This document shows positions 52,401 through 60,552 of a stretch of 64,000 nt of DNA, in pieces (the first letter of the stretch is position 1; every line of letters begins with the position of its first letter). The position numbers and the translations under genes were made by a program. Origin of the DNA: Octopus bimaculoides (Eukaryota); NCBI RefSeq assembly GCF_001194135.2, contig NC_068981.1, positions 20,692,042 through 20,756,041 on the forward strand, read 5' to 3'. The notes beneath the pieces are model-generated. The model was not told where the DNA came from. It saw only the letters and a list, made by a program, of their open reading frames with translations, and did no database searches.

Positions 52401-53407
52401 ACTATGATATCTTCTGCTCCTCATAACCAACAAGATGCACTTAACCTCCAATCCAGCCTATCTTACACATTTCTATCCCTTTCTCTCATCATCCCTAATA
52501 AGTCTAACCCCAACATACCTTGCAGTAACCATTATTCCCACCAACCATAAAATAAGTACAGTACTTGACACAAGTTCAATAAGTACTAGACTGGTATTGA
52601 TATTGATCAATTAAATAAGTACTAGACTGGTATTGATATTGATCAATTAAATAAGTACTAGACTGGTATTGATATTGATCAATTAAATAAGTACTGGTAT
52701 TGATATGATCAATTAAATAAGTACTGGTATTGATATGATCAATTAAAACTCTTGAAGATGATACCTTAGTATAGCCACAGTACTGAACCCAGTAAAAGAA
52801 CATAAGAAATATGTGGAATGTGTACATATATAAAATATGGGATAATAGAATTGTGAGAACTTGGTGCAATGTGATTTGATAGTACATTGTTGATAGCTTG
52901 GTGTAATAACTACTATAAAATGTGTCCTCAATAGAATCTCCCTCCTACCTTTACACCAACAGGTATCAGTTTTCCCTTCTCCTCCTATTAAATAATAAGC
53001 AAAAAACTGAACCAATGAAAGAGTCTCTAAATAGTTGTTCAACCTGTTAGAAATATCAGCCAAATTTCCCTCAAACCACACCCTACTTTCTTGAATACAG
53101 AATGGGCATGTTAGACAATATAATTATAAACATATCTTCTAACAAGTCCAAATGGTCTCAGCTGGAATGCATTTGATCATTGGTCAGATTGACTTAGGAC
53201 TAAACAATAACAACAAACTGTTGCACTACTCACCCACAGCACACATGCCACCAGCCTTCTGATAAGTAATATCCTAAAGTTCTCAGGCGAGGACACCTGG
53301 AACGTTTTTGTTTCATCAACGATTCGCTTTCGTCCATTTCGAAGTCTTCACCATTAAACATCAAAGGAACTTCATCCATTCCATCTTCATCTTCGCCGTC
53401 ATATTGT
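2471..53407 (-). CDS. ATP9B: ATP9A/ATP9B-family P4-ATPase (class II phospholipid flippase), partial spliced model, 16 exons
   Basis: 16 exons joined by hand with canonical AG/GT boundaries and consistent phases give one open frame of about 705 codons. Motifs: DGET (A domain), IPISLRV (TM4), DKTGTLTQN (phosphorylation site), ASSPDE, KGAD, LTGVED, all collinear with vertebrate ATP9A/B. An acidic N-terminal exon is ATP9B-like. Both ends of the gene lie outside the window. Confidence 0.97.
3419..3502 (-). CDS. ATP9B: ATP9 exon o
   Basis: ttcag|[28 protein letters not shown]|gttagt. Confidence 0.96.
3880..4325 (+). mobile_element. Internally deleted (bipartite) RTE-clade element
   Basis: 5' part resembles RTE/Expander 5' UTR (ccctgagagctatgcc...cttggtagggcttccatg); 3' part encodes [40 protein letters not shown], like RTE C-termini. 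Confidence 0.5.
4430..4522 (-). CDS. ATP9B: ATP9 exon n (KGAD)
   Basis: cacag|[31 protein letters not shown]|gtttgt. Confidence 0.96.
4808..4969 (-). CDS. ATP9B: ATP9 exon m
   Basis: gctag|[18 protein letters not shown]...[18 protein letters not shown]|gttagt. Confidence 0.96.
5096..5337 (+). mobile_element. tRNA-derived SINE family B with 16-bp TSD, nested in a family A SINE (about 5065-5460)
   Basis: agctggcagaa...gagttcaaattcc B-box-like head, A-rich tail; TSD taagaaacttgcttcc at 5080-5095 and 5338-5353. Other B copies: 3680-3860, 24700-24870, 30680-30900, 48800-49160, 56670-56850, 62920-63100. Confidence 0.85.
5482..6163 (+). mobile_element. Degenerate CR1/L2-type LINE reverse-transcriptase fragment
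   Basis: Frameshifted ORFs [53 protein letters not shown]...[19 protein letters not shown] (RT domains 0-2). Confidence 0.85.
6248..6292. repeat. (TG)n microsatellite in a partial family A SINE
   Basis: Direct reading. Confidence 0.95.
6642..6878 (-). CDS. ATP9B: ATP9 exon l (N domain)
   Basis: cacag|VSLHVKTG...[19 protein letters not shown]...VYQASSPDE|gtattg. Confidence 0.96.
7203..7339. repeat. 39-bp tandem repeat, 3.5 copies
   Basis: Unit ctaatccatgtctacatacattacattaataaagctaga at 7203, 7242, 7281, 7320. Confidence 0.95.
7520..7700 (-). mobile_element. Non-LTR RT remnant (domains 4-5)
   Basis: MVLDYVLL then, frameshifted, [11 protein letters not shown]...LTDLDF, resembling LDYVLR...GFT.TPR.SRR...TDLDFADD. 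Confidence 0.55.
8344..8400 (-). CDS. ATP9B: ATP9 exon k
   Basis: gtcag|[19 protein letters not shown]|gtgaga. Confidence 0.94.
8720..9290. mobile_element. Two RTE 3'-end copies in opposite orientation (about 8720-9000 minus, 9110-9290 plus)
   Basis: (CAT)n/(GAT)n tails and gatgcccttcc-type core. Confidence 0.7.
9903..10068 (-). CDS. ATP9B: ATP9 exon j (DKTGT phosphorylation site)
   Basis: tctag|(S)[55 protein letters not shown]|gt; DKTGT at 9921-9935. Confidence 0.98.
10203..10273 (-). CDS. ATP9B: ATP9 exon i (TM4)
   Basis: ttcag|[23 protein letters not shown](S)|gtaagt, phase 2 end. Confidence 0.95.
11199..11288 (-). CDS. ATP9B: ATP9 exon h (TM3)
   Basis: ttcag|[30 protein letters not shown]|gtaaat. 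Confidence 0.95.
12047..12196 (-). CDS. ATP9B: ATP9 exon g
   Basis: ttcag|[50 protein letters not shown]|gtaagt. Confidence 0.96.
13890..13970 (-). CDS. ATP9B: ATP9 exon f
   Basis: tgcag|[27 protein letters not shown]|gtcagt. Confidence 0.95.
14823..15260 (-). mobile_element. Young RTE 3' UTR copy, second subfamily
   Basis: catcatcatcgtcgtttaacgtccgctttcc...; shares aaccagatggctacacc with 24167-24480. Confidence 0.8.
15731..15877 (-). CDS. ATP9B: ATP9 exon e (A domain, DGET)
   Basis: ttcag|[49 protein letters not shown]|gtatga. Confidence 0.97.
16355..16890 (+). mobile_element. Family A SINE with second tail type, interrupted by a TTAA MITE
   Basis: ggttcagtcccactgggcaaatgtcttc head; tail gtgccccagcatggccacagtccactgactgaaacaagtaaaaga. 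Confidence 0.7.
16578..16803. mobile_element. piggyBac-like MITE (TTAA flanks)
   Basis: ttaaccctttagcatt...aatgctaaagagttaa; related copies at 21037-21249 (ttaaccctt...aagggttaa) and, reversed and degenerate, about 15468-15697. Confidence 0.7.
16963..17130 (-). CDS. ATP9B: ATP9 exon d
   Basis: tatag|[56 protein letters not shown]|gtaagg. Confidence 0.96.
18722..18835 (-). CDS. ATP9B: ATP9 exon c (TM1-TM2)
   Basis: tacag|[38 protein letters not shown]|gtgagt. Confidence 0.96.
19078..19470 (-). mobile_element. L2/CR1-like LINE 3' end
   Basis: Aligns by eye with about 53700-54160 (aaggttaaaagagtggacag...cagacataagtcaaataa); (TTA)-like tail. Confidence 0.55.
19841..20133. repeat. 16-bp minisatellite (tctagtcaatcatggg)n, about 18 units, contains an N gap
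   Basis: Direct reading; variant unit tctagtcaatcatgga. Confidence 0.95.
20396..20546 (-). CDS. ATP9B: ATP9 exon b
   Basis: ttcag|G TGT...CCA AAG|gtaag; [50 protein letters not shown]; absent from the ORF track. Confidence 0.95.
20699..20780. mobile_element. Tigger/pogo-like MITE remnant
   Basis: ta|cagtaatccctc...cagtactg|ta; TA flanks and CAGTA/TACTG ends. Confidence 0.45.
21640..22230 (+). mobile_element. RTE ORF end plus 3' UTR with four hairpin modules
   Basis: ...gaggagacctactgagtcaagtaa followed by gccagt...actggc modules and GAT tail. Confidence 0.75.
22320..22545 (-). mobile_element. Family A SINE head with internal 30-bp tandem duplication
   Basis: gaaccgcgatgtaccaagtgag at 22441 and 22471, partial at 22501. 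Confidence 0.7.
23905..24100 (+). repeat. Short interspersed repeat family C (ctagaaatagcagccaaatc...gggctaaacaacaac-like)
   Basis: Degenerate copies also near 20170-20320, 38930-39140, 39620-39730, 48480-48720 (minus), 49560-49710, 53060-53220 and 57890-57940. Confidence 0.6.
24167..24480 (-). mobile_element. Young RTE 3' UTR copy
   Basis: Close match to 14823-15150. Confidence 0.8.
25855..26870 (-). mobile_element. Degenerate RTE LINE (RT fragment plus 3' tail)
   Basis: [31 protein letters not shown] resembles RTE RT; KVNLVKTRVLV follows; GAT-tail module at 25855-26070. Confidence 0.7.
27460..28420 (-). mobile_element. RTE-like tail with long skewed body
   Basis: Tail at about 27460-27660, then about 750 bp of purine-rich plus strand sharing gtcttgctgtagaag with the other copies. 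Confidence 0.5.
28500..29210 (-). mobile_element. Degenerate RTE ORF C-terminal fragment
   Basis: Minus strand collinear with 61250-62000 ([18 protein letters not shown]; aaggcctctct...agagtgaaaggc; atgggatgaagtagtg). Confidence 0.75.
31030..31300 (-). mobile_element. RTE-like SINE tail, same as 1450-1685
   Basis: ttttccatgcttgca...ccttcctgttgccaac...acctgtttccaagcaag. Confidence 0.65.
33597..33748. mobile_element. hAT-like MITE, 152 bp
   Basis: Perfect 11-bp TIR cagtgctgttt/aaacagcactg; 8-bp flanks aatctagg/agtctcgg match at 6 of 8. Confidence 0.65.
35320..36260. repeat. Degenerate A/C-rich tandem array (tctatccaccccagtaatacaacaaaggttaccacaaa-like)
   Basis: Motif recurs at about 35325, 35395, 35470, 35675, 35810, 35985, 36120 and 36160. 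Confidence 0.6.
38172..38389 (-). other. Candidate alternative 5' exon A of ATP9 (coding part 38209-38172, [13 protein letters not shown])
   Basis: CAACATGG start context; CAG|GTAGTT donor in phase 2 matching exon b; upstream polypyrimidine tract ending TAG TAG at 38395-38390; inside the CpG island. No transcript evidence available. Confidence 0.45.
41670..42092 (-). mobile_element. Family A SINE with (ATCT)n middle and RTE-like tail
   Basis: Head at about 41935-42092, (TAGA)n on plus, tail gatgcccttcctgttgcc. Confidence 0.65.
42481..43720 (+). mobile_element. Decayed Ty3/Gypsy LTR retrotransposon 5' part (putative LTR, gag, zinc knuckle, protease)
   Basis: With stops and frameshifts: [34 protein letters not shown]...[26 protein letters not shown] (from 43112), CCKC..GKIG.YS*VCKS (43467-43516), [12 protein letters not shown] (from 43665). 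TGTAG...CTACA segment 42481-42784 with AATAAA at 42745. Confidence 0.75.
45170..45585 (+). mobile_element. RTE ORF end plus 3' UTR with hairpin modules
   Basis: gagtcaagtaa, three ctgactggctcc modules, GAT tail. Confidence 0.75.
50437..50975. repeat. Degenerate array of about 150-bp units with an embedded 19-bp triple repeat
   Basis: tgtgt(a/c)catggt...ttagctg at 50437, 50587 and 50846; aagtaccctaatgtagag x3 near 50725-50778. Confidence 0.6.
51670..51900 (-). mobile_element. Family B SINE, near full length
   Basis: Reverse complement matches 5096-5337. Confidence 0.85.
51945..52340 (-). mobile_element. RTE 3' UTR copy
   Basis: (CAT)n tail, ctggatgcccttcctaacaccaacc core, hairpin modules. 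Confidence 0.75.
52578..52746. repeat. Minisatellite: 3 x 36 bp followed by 2 x 30 bp
   Basis: aataagtactagactggtattgatattgatcaatta; the later units lose 6 nt. Confidence 0.9.
53234..53407 (-). CDS. ATP9B: ATP9 exon a (acidic N-terminal segment, ATP9B exon-2-like)
   Basis: ttcttcag|A CAA TAT...TGT GG|gtgagt; [58 protein letters not shown], resembling ATP9B [27 protein letters not shown]...GWKFLCTSCCG; phase 2 at both ends. Confidence 0.85.
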
Positions 53408-53699
53408 CTGAAGAAAACAAAAATTGAAAAGATTTTAGCTGATTCCCCAAAGTTCACCACTACACATTAGAGACTATGTTAATTCTACTCTATGGTCTAT
53501 GAGATAAACCATTCTTTTGTTACAAATAAACAAACATTAGTTTAATGTGTAGCATTGTGTAAAATGCTTATTTTAAAATTGTAACAAGTCTGATTCTGCT
53601 AAAAATATAATTTGTTTAATTCAAACATTTGGCCATTGAATACTCCCGTCCCCTAACATAACAACCACTAAATTGAAAAATTAACAATATAACAGTTTG

Positions 53700-54160
53700 C
53701 AATATATAACAATGAGCTTATTGTATACATTTCTTAGATGCACTACAATTCAGTCTGTAAAGGTTAAAAGAGTGGACAGACAGCAGACATAAGTCAAATA
53801 AAGAAAGACATTAATGAAAGCTACAAGTATATCCACAGTACATAGAATAAAACACAAAAAATAGAGAAAAGTGAATATTAAAAGAATCATAAAGAATAAG
53901 AGTGCATAGTAGTGTTGGTGAATTTCAGAAAGCATGGAATTTTTGTAGAATGCAGCATCCTGACAATTAACAAAAAATATAATTTTATAAGCATGTTCAT
54001 GGTTGGTAGGGATATGGAATTCAAACAGGTGGCCAAAGTTGTTGATGTTGAAAGGATGGTGGATAATCTTGTCGGCTTCTACCAAGTCAGCTTGTTAAAC
54101 ATCAAAACTTCAGTGCCCAAATAAGTAAGATGTTCAAGATACTTTCACAAGCTTTTTGGT
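53700..54160 (-). mobile_element. L2/CR1-like LINE 3' end
   Basis: Homologous to 19078-19470. Confidence 0.55.
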
Positions 54161-54994
54161 TTATAAACAAATCAAACAAGTAATTTATTTCATAGGTGCA
54201 CAATACACTCTTCAAAAATACTGCCATCAGTAAAAAAAAAAATTCATTGTCACTGTAGATAGATGGTGAAAAAAAAAAGCACTTGCATTCAACTAATAAA
54301 TGAAATATATAGTTTTCAAGTTCTGTAAGTAGTATATTGATCAAACTAGGTATACTGATTACATATGCTAAACTGTATATTTTAATGCAACAACTTGTTC
54401 AATATCTAATGAAATATGCAAATTAACTAATTATATATCCAAATTTCCAATTTGTAAATTAAGCAGATTAATTTTTCAAGTTTTTATCTGAATTACTCTC
54501 CCCAATAAACCTGTTGTATGTTATTGTTTGAATAGAATTATGTTTTTGTATTAGTCAACAATAATCCTCTGTTTCAATAAAATACAAACAACAGTATTGC
54601 AGTTAACTTTTTTCTGTCATTTTCCTGTGTGCTACTCTCATTGTAAAGAAAATCTAACAGAAAATCTATATAATGACATTCAAGATGCAAAATTAATATC
54701 TTGCTTTCTTAATTCATCAAAAAATCACAGAATTTATTAGCAAAATATGCCTGATGATTCAACTCTATAAAATGAAATTTCTGGAAGCTGGACATTGGGT
54801 ACAAAGGTCAGGGCTATAACAGCTGTAAATAGCACAGATCCTATGATTTTAATTCTTAAGAATATTCTATTTTGTATTAAATATTTTCACAAAATCTATG
54901 GAAAGTAATCAGTGTGCATTCTCAACAGAGAAAATTCTATTTCATATTTCATAAAAATCTACCAAAATGATAAATTAAAAAAAAAACTTCTGTA

Positions 54995-55290
54995 CAGGCA
55001 CAGACATGGCTGTGTAGTTAAGATAAGCTCACTCCCATTTTGTGTGTTTGTGTGTGTGTGCACGCATGCGTGTGCGTGTGCAAGCGTGCGTGTGTGTGTG
55101 CATTCTTGTATTTGTGTCTTTGTGTCTGTATTTGTCACCCACCACCACCACCAATGCTTGACAACCGGTATTCATTTGTTTACATTCCCCCCCAAAAAAA
55201 GATAAGTACTGAGATTGATTTGTTTGACTAAAACCCTTCAAGGTGGAGCCCCAGCATGGCCACAATCCAAAGATTGAAACAAGCAAAATA
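54995..55290 (+). mobile_element. Family A SINE, internally deleted head, second tail type
   Basis: acatggctgtgtagttaag, (TG)n, ggtggagccccagcatggccac...gaaacaagc. Confidence 0.65.
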
Positions 55291-56033
55291 TATATAAGAT
55301 ATGATAGTTTACTACTTTCAAAGAAATACACACCATGTGAATTGAAAAAAATTAAGTTGTCTGCTTTTGTTTGATCACAAATCATTTAATTTTCCAAAAA
55401 ATCTGTGAATTTCACTATGTGTGCACACAACTGTGCAATTTACAGTCTAACAGTTTTTACAAACTAAGTGTCGCAAATTTGAAAAAGATGAGAACTTAAG
55501 TAAAATACAGAAATTACAAAAGACAAAAGGAAGATAAAGAAACTGAAATAAGAAAAATATATTTTTCATTCAGTGCATGGCTTGAAATTTCTCTTTCAGT
55601 TTTAATTAAACCTCTGGTTCTGATCTCTTGTCAAAAAATTTGCTAATTTTGGACATTCTTCCTTACACAGTCCTCATGTTTGGTAGCAACTCTATTATTA
55701 AACTCAACAGATTCCCTTAACCACTTTGTTTTCTGCACAAACACCATCTCTCCCAGGAATCATCAAACAAAGTTGTCAGAATCTTTACACAATAAAAACA
55801 AATGGACTGTAATATCAATTCAACTGATCCACATCAGACTTTTTCAGCATCTTCTTCAATAGAGACACCTGTAATAAATAGGTTCCTAGATTCTAAACTA
55901 AGATCTGAAACTGGACCTACATTTTAGGAAGCTATTTGTTACACACCCATTTAGGATCAAGCAAGTGTATCTCTCATTCCTACAATTTTATTTTCTAAAT
56001 GAAAACAAAAGTTTTCTGCACTTTTGCTTGCTT

Positions 56034-56034
<1 letters not shown>

Positions 56035-56073
<39 letters not shown>

Positions 56074-56083
56074 NNNNNNNNNN

Positions 56084-56119
<36 letters not shown>
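56035..56119. repeat. (CT)n microsatellite spanning an N gap
   Basis: Direct reading. Confidence 0.9.
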
Positions 56120-56123
<4 letters not shown>

Positions 56124-57003
56124 TACATATCTTCCATCTACATGTCTTCCAAGCAAGTTAGGTAAACCAGTAATTACAGTGGTAGTCCCTATATAACAGA
56201 AAACAATGACAAAAGAAAGGCTGTTGTGATGTATATTTACAAAACTTTTGACTAAGTATGTTGTATCCACCTTTCCGCTTCTCTCTACACCGAACATCAC
56301 TTGAACTTTCTGTATCTTTTCTCTTTGCACCCATCTAACCTGTCCAACAATTTACACTTGCTTTCAATTAACAATATTGTCACTCATACGTCTCTATTAG
56401 GGTTTCTGTAGAATACTGCTAAACACAGCACTTCATATACAAAAGCAACAGGTATCAGTTTTCCACATTTACACCAACAGGTATCAGTTTTTCCTCCTTC
56501 TCCTATTAAATAATAAGCAAAAAACTGAACCAATGAAAGAGTCTCTAAATGGTTGTTCAACCTGTTAGAAATATTCGTTCATAAAAAGCTGACACAAAGT
56601 TAAATTGTTTGGGTCAACTTAAACTTTAGCAGAATGAACTCCGTGAAACAATAATATTTTATAGATTGGTTTCAAATTTTGGCACAAGGTCAGCAATTTT
56701 GGGGATGGGACCAGTCAATTATATCAACTCAGTGCTCAAATGGTATTTATTTTATCGACCCTGAAAGGATGAAAGGTAAAGTCAACTTTGGCAGAATTTA
56801 AACCCAGAACATAAAGATGGAAAAAACGCTGCTAAGCTTTTTGCCTGATAAGTTAATGACTCTTGCACNNNNNNNNNNNNNNNNNNNNNNNNNNNNNNNN
56901 NNNNNNNNNNNNNNNNNNNNNNNNNNNNNNNNNNNNNNNNNNNNNNNNNNNNNNNNNNNNNNNNNNNNNNNNNNNNNNNNNNNNNNNNNNNNNNNNNNNN
57001 NNN

Positions 57004-57387
57004 AGCATGGGTTGGACGATTTGACTGAGGACTGGTGAAACCGGATGGCAACACCAGGCTCCAGTCTGATTTGGCAGAGTTTCTACAGCTGGATGCCCTT
57101 CCTAACGCCAACCACTCAGAGAGTGTAGTGGGTGCTTTTACGTGTCACCCGCACGAAAACGGCCACGCTCGAAATGGTGTCTTTTATGTGCCACCCGCAC
57201 AAGCCAGTCCAGGGGCACTGGCAACGATCTCGCTCGAAAATCCTACAGGAGCCAGTCAGGCGGTACTGGCAACGGCCACGCTCAAAATGGTGCATCTCAT
57301 GTGCCACCCGCACAAGAACCAGTCCAGGGGCACTGGCAACGATCTTACTTGGCTTGCCGGGTCTTCTCACGCACAGCACATTTCCAG
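57004..57387 (-). mobile_element. Young RTE copy (ORF end WKCAVREKTRQAK* plus 3' UTR)
   Basis: Ends like the 61250-62290 ORF (...caagccaagtaa); CpGs intact. Confidence 0.85.
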
Positions 57388-58361
57388 AAGAGTAGAAAAA
57401 AATTAGATATTTTTTCTAATATTTATAGAATACTGAAATAATATCCTAAATTGTTTGAATGAATGGAATGTTAGATACTGTATAGAAATGATTTGTGTAG
57501 GAGTACAGCAGCTTGTAAGGCCAGCAGTAAAAACCAGCACTAACAATGCAGAATGCAATTACTAAAATTAAAGCATGAAAGAAAACTGTTGAAAATTAAA
57601 CTTACACATTTACTAAATTCTCACAATTAACACATTATTTTAAAGCATACCTCCACCGTGTTCTATGTGATGGTAGTTAGAAGTTAATTAAAGATCCAGA
57701 CAAATTTTTACAATCAGTAACTTTGTTGGTTGGTAAACAGCACAGATCAAAAAACATCTGTTTGATCCAGTAAGAAGCCAGTCAATGATAGAGTAACATT
57801 CACCTTAAGTAATATATATGTATATGTAGGTCATCACCAGTGTAACAAGACTGTAGCTATCCACTGCCAACAAAAGAGCGTCAATACAATTGTTCAGCTT
57901 GCAAGAAATAGCAGTCAAAATCCCTCAAATCATACCCTACTATCATTTTATTTATTTATTCAATTTTAATGGCTTAGGAAGGGTCGTGCCCATAGCCCTT
58001 TTCAAGGCATCCATGACTAGTAGGAGAAAGTTGTCTTCAGATCTAACATCTAGACTGAGTGGACTCAGCTAAAAGCACCCAAGGGCCAGGAGGTGGTGTT
58101 AAACAAGGCAATAGATTAAGTATACTACCCCAAAACGGAAACAATGTGTCCAACAAACATCCACAGTTTCTATCTTCTAGATTTCACTCGAAAGGCTTTT
58201 GTTAACCTAAGACTATGATAAAAGACATTTGACCAAGTGTTGTGCAGTACAATTGAGCCCAAGACCACATAGTTGCAAAACTAACTTCCTTAACCACACA
58301 GTCATGGCTGTATTCTTATAAAAGGAAAGGCATAGGGTCAATATAGTCTTAGATATATATA

Positions 58362-58835
58362 TATAAACATAATTAAGGGATCAGCAACAGTTGCTTCACC
58401 ACATACCAAAGTTCAGAAATAGCAGCTAAAGTGCTAAATCTCCAACAGATAGCAATACTTGTAACTCACAAAGGCAAAACAAGAAGAAAAATAACGAAAC
58501 TAACCAGTCTTAGTTAATCATAGACGCGTTTCTGGATCAGAATAGTGAAAACTTTTCATTTTCTCATCAGTATGATATTCTAGTTTGCAAATTTGAAGAT
58601 GCAGGCAATTATGCATGCACGACCAAGCGACATCGTGCATCAGCATAATGCGAACAACATCTCCGAACTTACATAGGCCATGACTAAGACTGGTTAATTT
58701 CGTTATTTTTCTTCTTGTTTTGCCTTTGTGAGTTACAAGTATTGCTATCTGTTGGAGTTTTAGCACTTTAGCTGCTATTTCTGAACTTCGGTATGTGGTG
58801 AAGCAACTGTTGCTGATCCCTTAATTATGTTTATA
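58362..58835. mobile_element. Foldback/MITE with 153-bp terminal inverted repeats
   Basis: 58362-58514 is the reverse complement of 58683-58835 with 3 mismatches seen; TA at both ends; 168-bp CpG-containing spacer. Confidence 0.9.
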
Positions 58836-59329
58836 AATTTATAAGAACTTTTAAATAAGTTCTTCACCGATAATGGTATTTACATNNNNNNNNNNNNNNN
58901 NNNNNNNNNNNNNNNNNNNNNNNNNNNNNNNNNNNNNNNNNNNNNNNNNNNNNNNNNNNNNNNNNNNNNNNNNNNNNNNNTATATATATATATATATATT
59001 CCTTTGGTTATAGCTCTGCTCAATCAGGGTTGATCTAGGGCTAAGCAACTACTACAACACTCAGTGAAATAAAATCACTTAGCACAACAGGTAAAAAAAA
59101 AGTCACAGTAAGATTTATATAAAACATAGGTAATCAATGATTTTTCTCTCTGTTGAATTAGGGTTAACATATCTAGGTTAGAATATTGAATGACAACTAC
59201 ATCAAGTAATTCAATCATAAAATATTTGCTATTAAACTTGCCTTGCTAACATTGACTTCAGTGTAAATATATCTGCTATAGTTGTTTATATGTATATATA
59301 TAAAACTTTTATCTCTAACTTGTTTCAGT

Positions 59330-59725
59330 CATTAGACTGCAGCCATTCTGGGGCACTACCATAAAGAATTTGATGCCAGTACTGTCATCAAACAAAGTGA
59401 TGCAAGTACATTTTTTTTTCTTTAAGACCTGGTACCTATTCCATCAGTCTCTTTTGACAAACCACTAGATTACAGGTACATAAACACACCAACACTAGTT
59501 ATCAGGCAGTGGTGGGGGACAAACACAGACACAAAGACACATACATACACACAAATATTCAACGGGCATCTTTCAGCTTCTGCATATGAAATCCACTCAC
59601 AAGGCTTTGGTTGGCCCAAGACTTCAGTAGAAGACACTTGCCCAAGGTGCCACACAAAAGGACTGAACCTGGAATCATGTGGTTGGGAAGCAAGCTTCTT
59701 ACTACACAACCACACCTGTGCCCAT
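59330..59725 (-). mobile_element. Family A SINE, full length, second tail type
   Basis: Head at about 59580-59725, (TG)n middle, tail ggtagtgccccagaatggctgcagtctaatgactgaaacaag. Confidence 0.75.
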
Positions 59726-59760
59726 GTATGTATGTATGTATGTATGTATATATATATATA

Positions 59761-60088
59761 AGCCAAGTAAGATCGTTGCCAGTGCCCTTGGACTGGCTCT
59801 TGTGCGGGTGGCGCATGAGATGCACCATTTTGAGCGTGGCCGTTGCCAGTACCGCCTGACTGGCTCCCGTAGGATTTTCGAGTGAGATCGTTGCCAGTGC
59901 CCCTGGACTGGCTTGTGCGGGTGGCACATAAAAGACACCATTTCGAGCGTGGCCGTTTTCGTGCGGGTGACACGTAAAAGCACCCACTACACTCTCTGAG
60001 TGGTTGGCGTTAGGAAGGGCATCCAGCTGTAGAAACTCTGCCAAATTAGATTGGAGCCTGGTGTTGCCATCCGGTTTCACCAGTCCTC
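59761..60088 (+). mobile_element. Young RTE 3' UTR copy, runs into an N gap
   Basis: About 7 mismatches in 328 bp against the reverse complement of 57027-57354. Confidence 0.85.
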
Positions 60089-60258
60089 NNNNNNNNNNNN
60101 NNNNNNNNNNNNNNNNNNNNNNNNNNNNNNNNNNNNNNNNNNNNNNNNNNNNNNNNNNNNNNNNNNNNNNNNNNNNNNNNNNNNNNNNNNNNNNNNNNNN
60201 NNNNNNNNNNNNNNNNNNNNNNNNNNNNNNNNNNNNNNNNNNNNNNNNNNNTATATAT

Positions 60259-60552
60259 AAACAATTGCAGTATGGAAGATGTTTATAAGCCATTTAAGAA
60301 CACACAAAAACTGTTAGTTTCACTTCAACATTTAAATTTTATTTTTGTCAAAATATTTCCGTTGCTTTGAAAGCGTGACCTGTTCACTGACAAAACTTTG
60401 TGCTGCATCATGAAGTTTTGTCAGTGAACAGGTCACAGTTTCAAAGTGACGAAAATATTTTGACACAAATTAAATTTAGATGTTGAAGTGAAACTAATGG
60501 TTTTTGTGTGTTCTGAAATGGCTTACAAACATCTCCCATGCTGCAACTGTTT
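60259..60552. mobile_element. Palindromic MITE, about 294 bp
   Basis: Arms of about 140 bp (aaacaattgcag...caaaactt / aagttttg...ctgcaactgttt) around a 14-nt loop at 60399-60412; imperfect pairing. Confidence 0.85.

Noticed and set aside
58515-58682. Hammerhead ribozyme in the MITE spacer (CTGATGAG on minus strand)
   Set aside because: The stem after CUGAUGA is not followed by GAAA, and the later GAAAC lacks the closing pair
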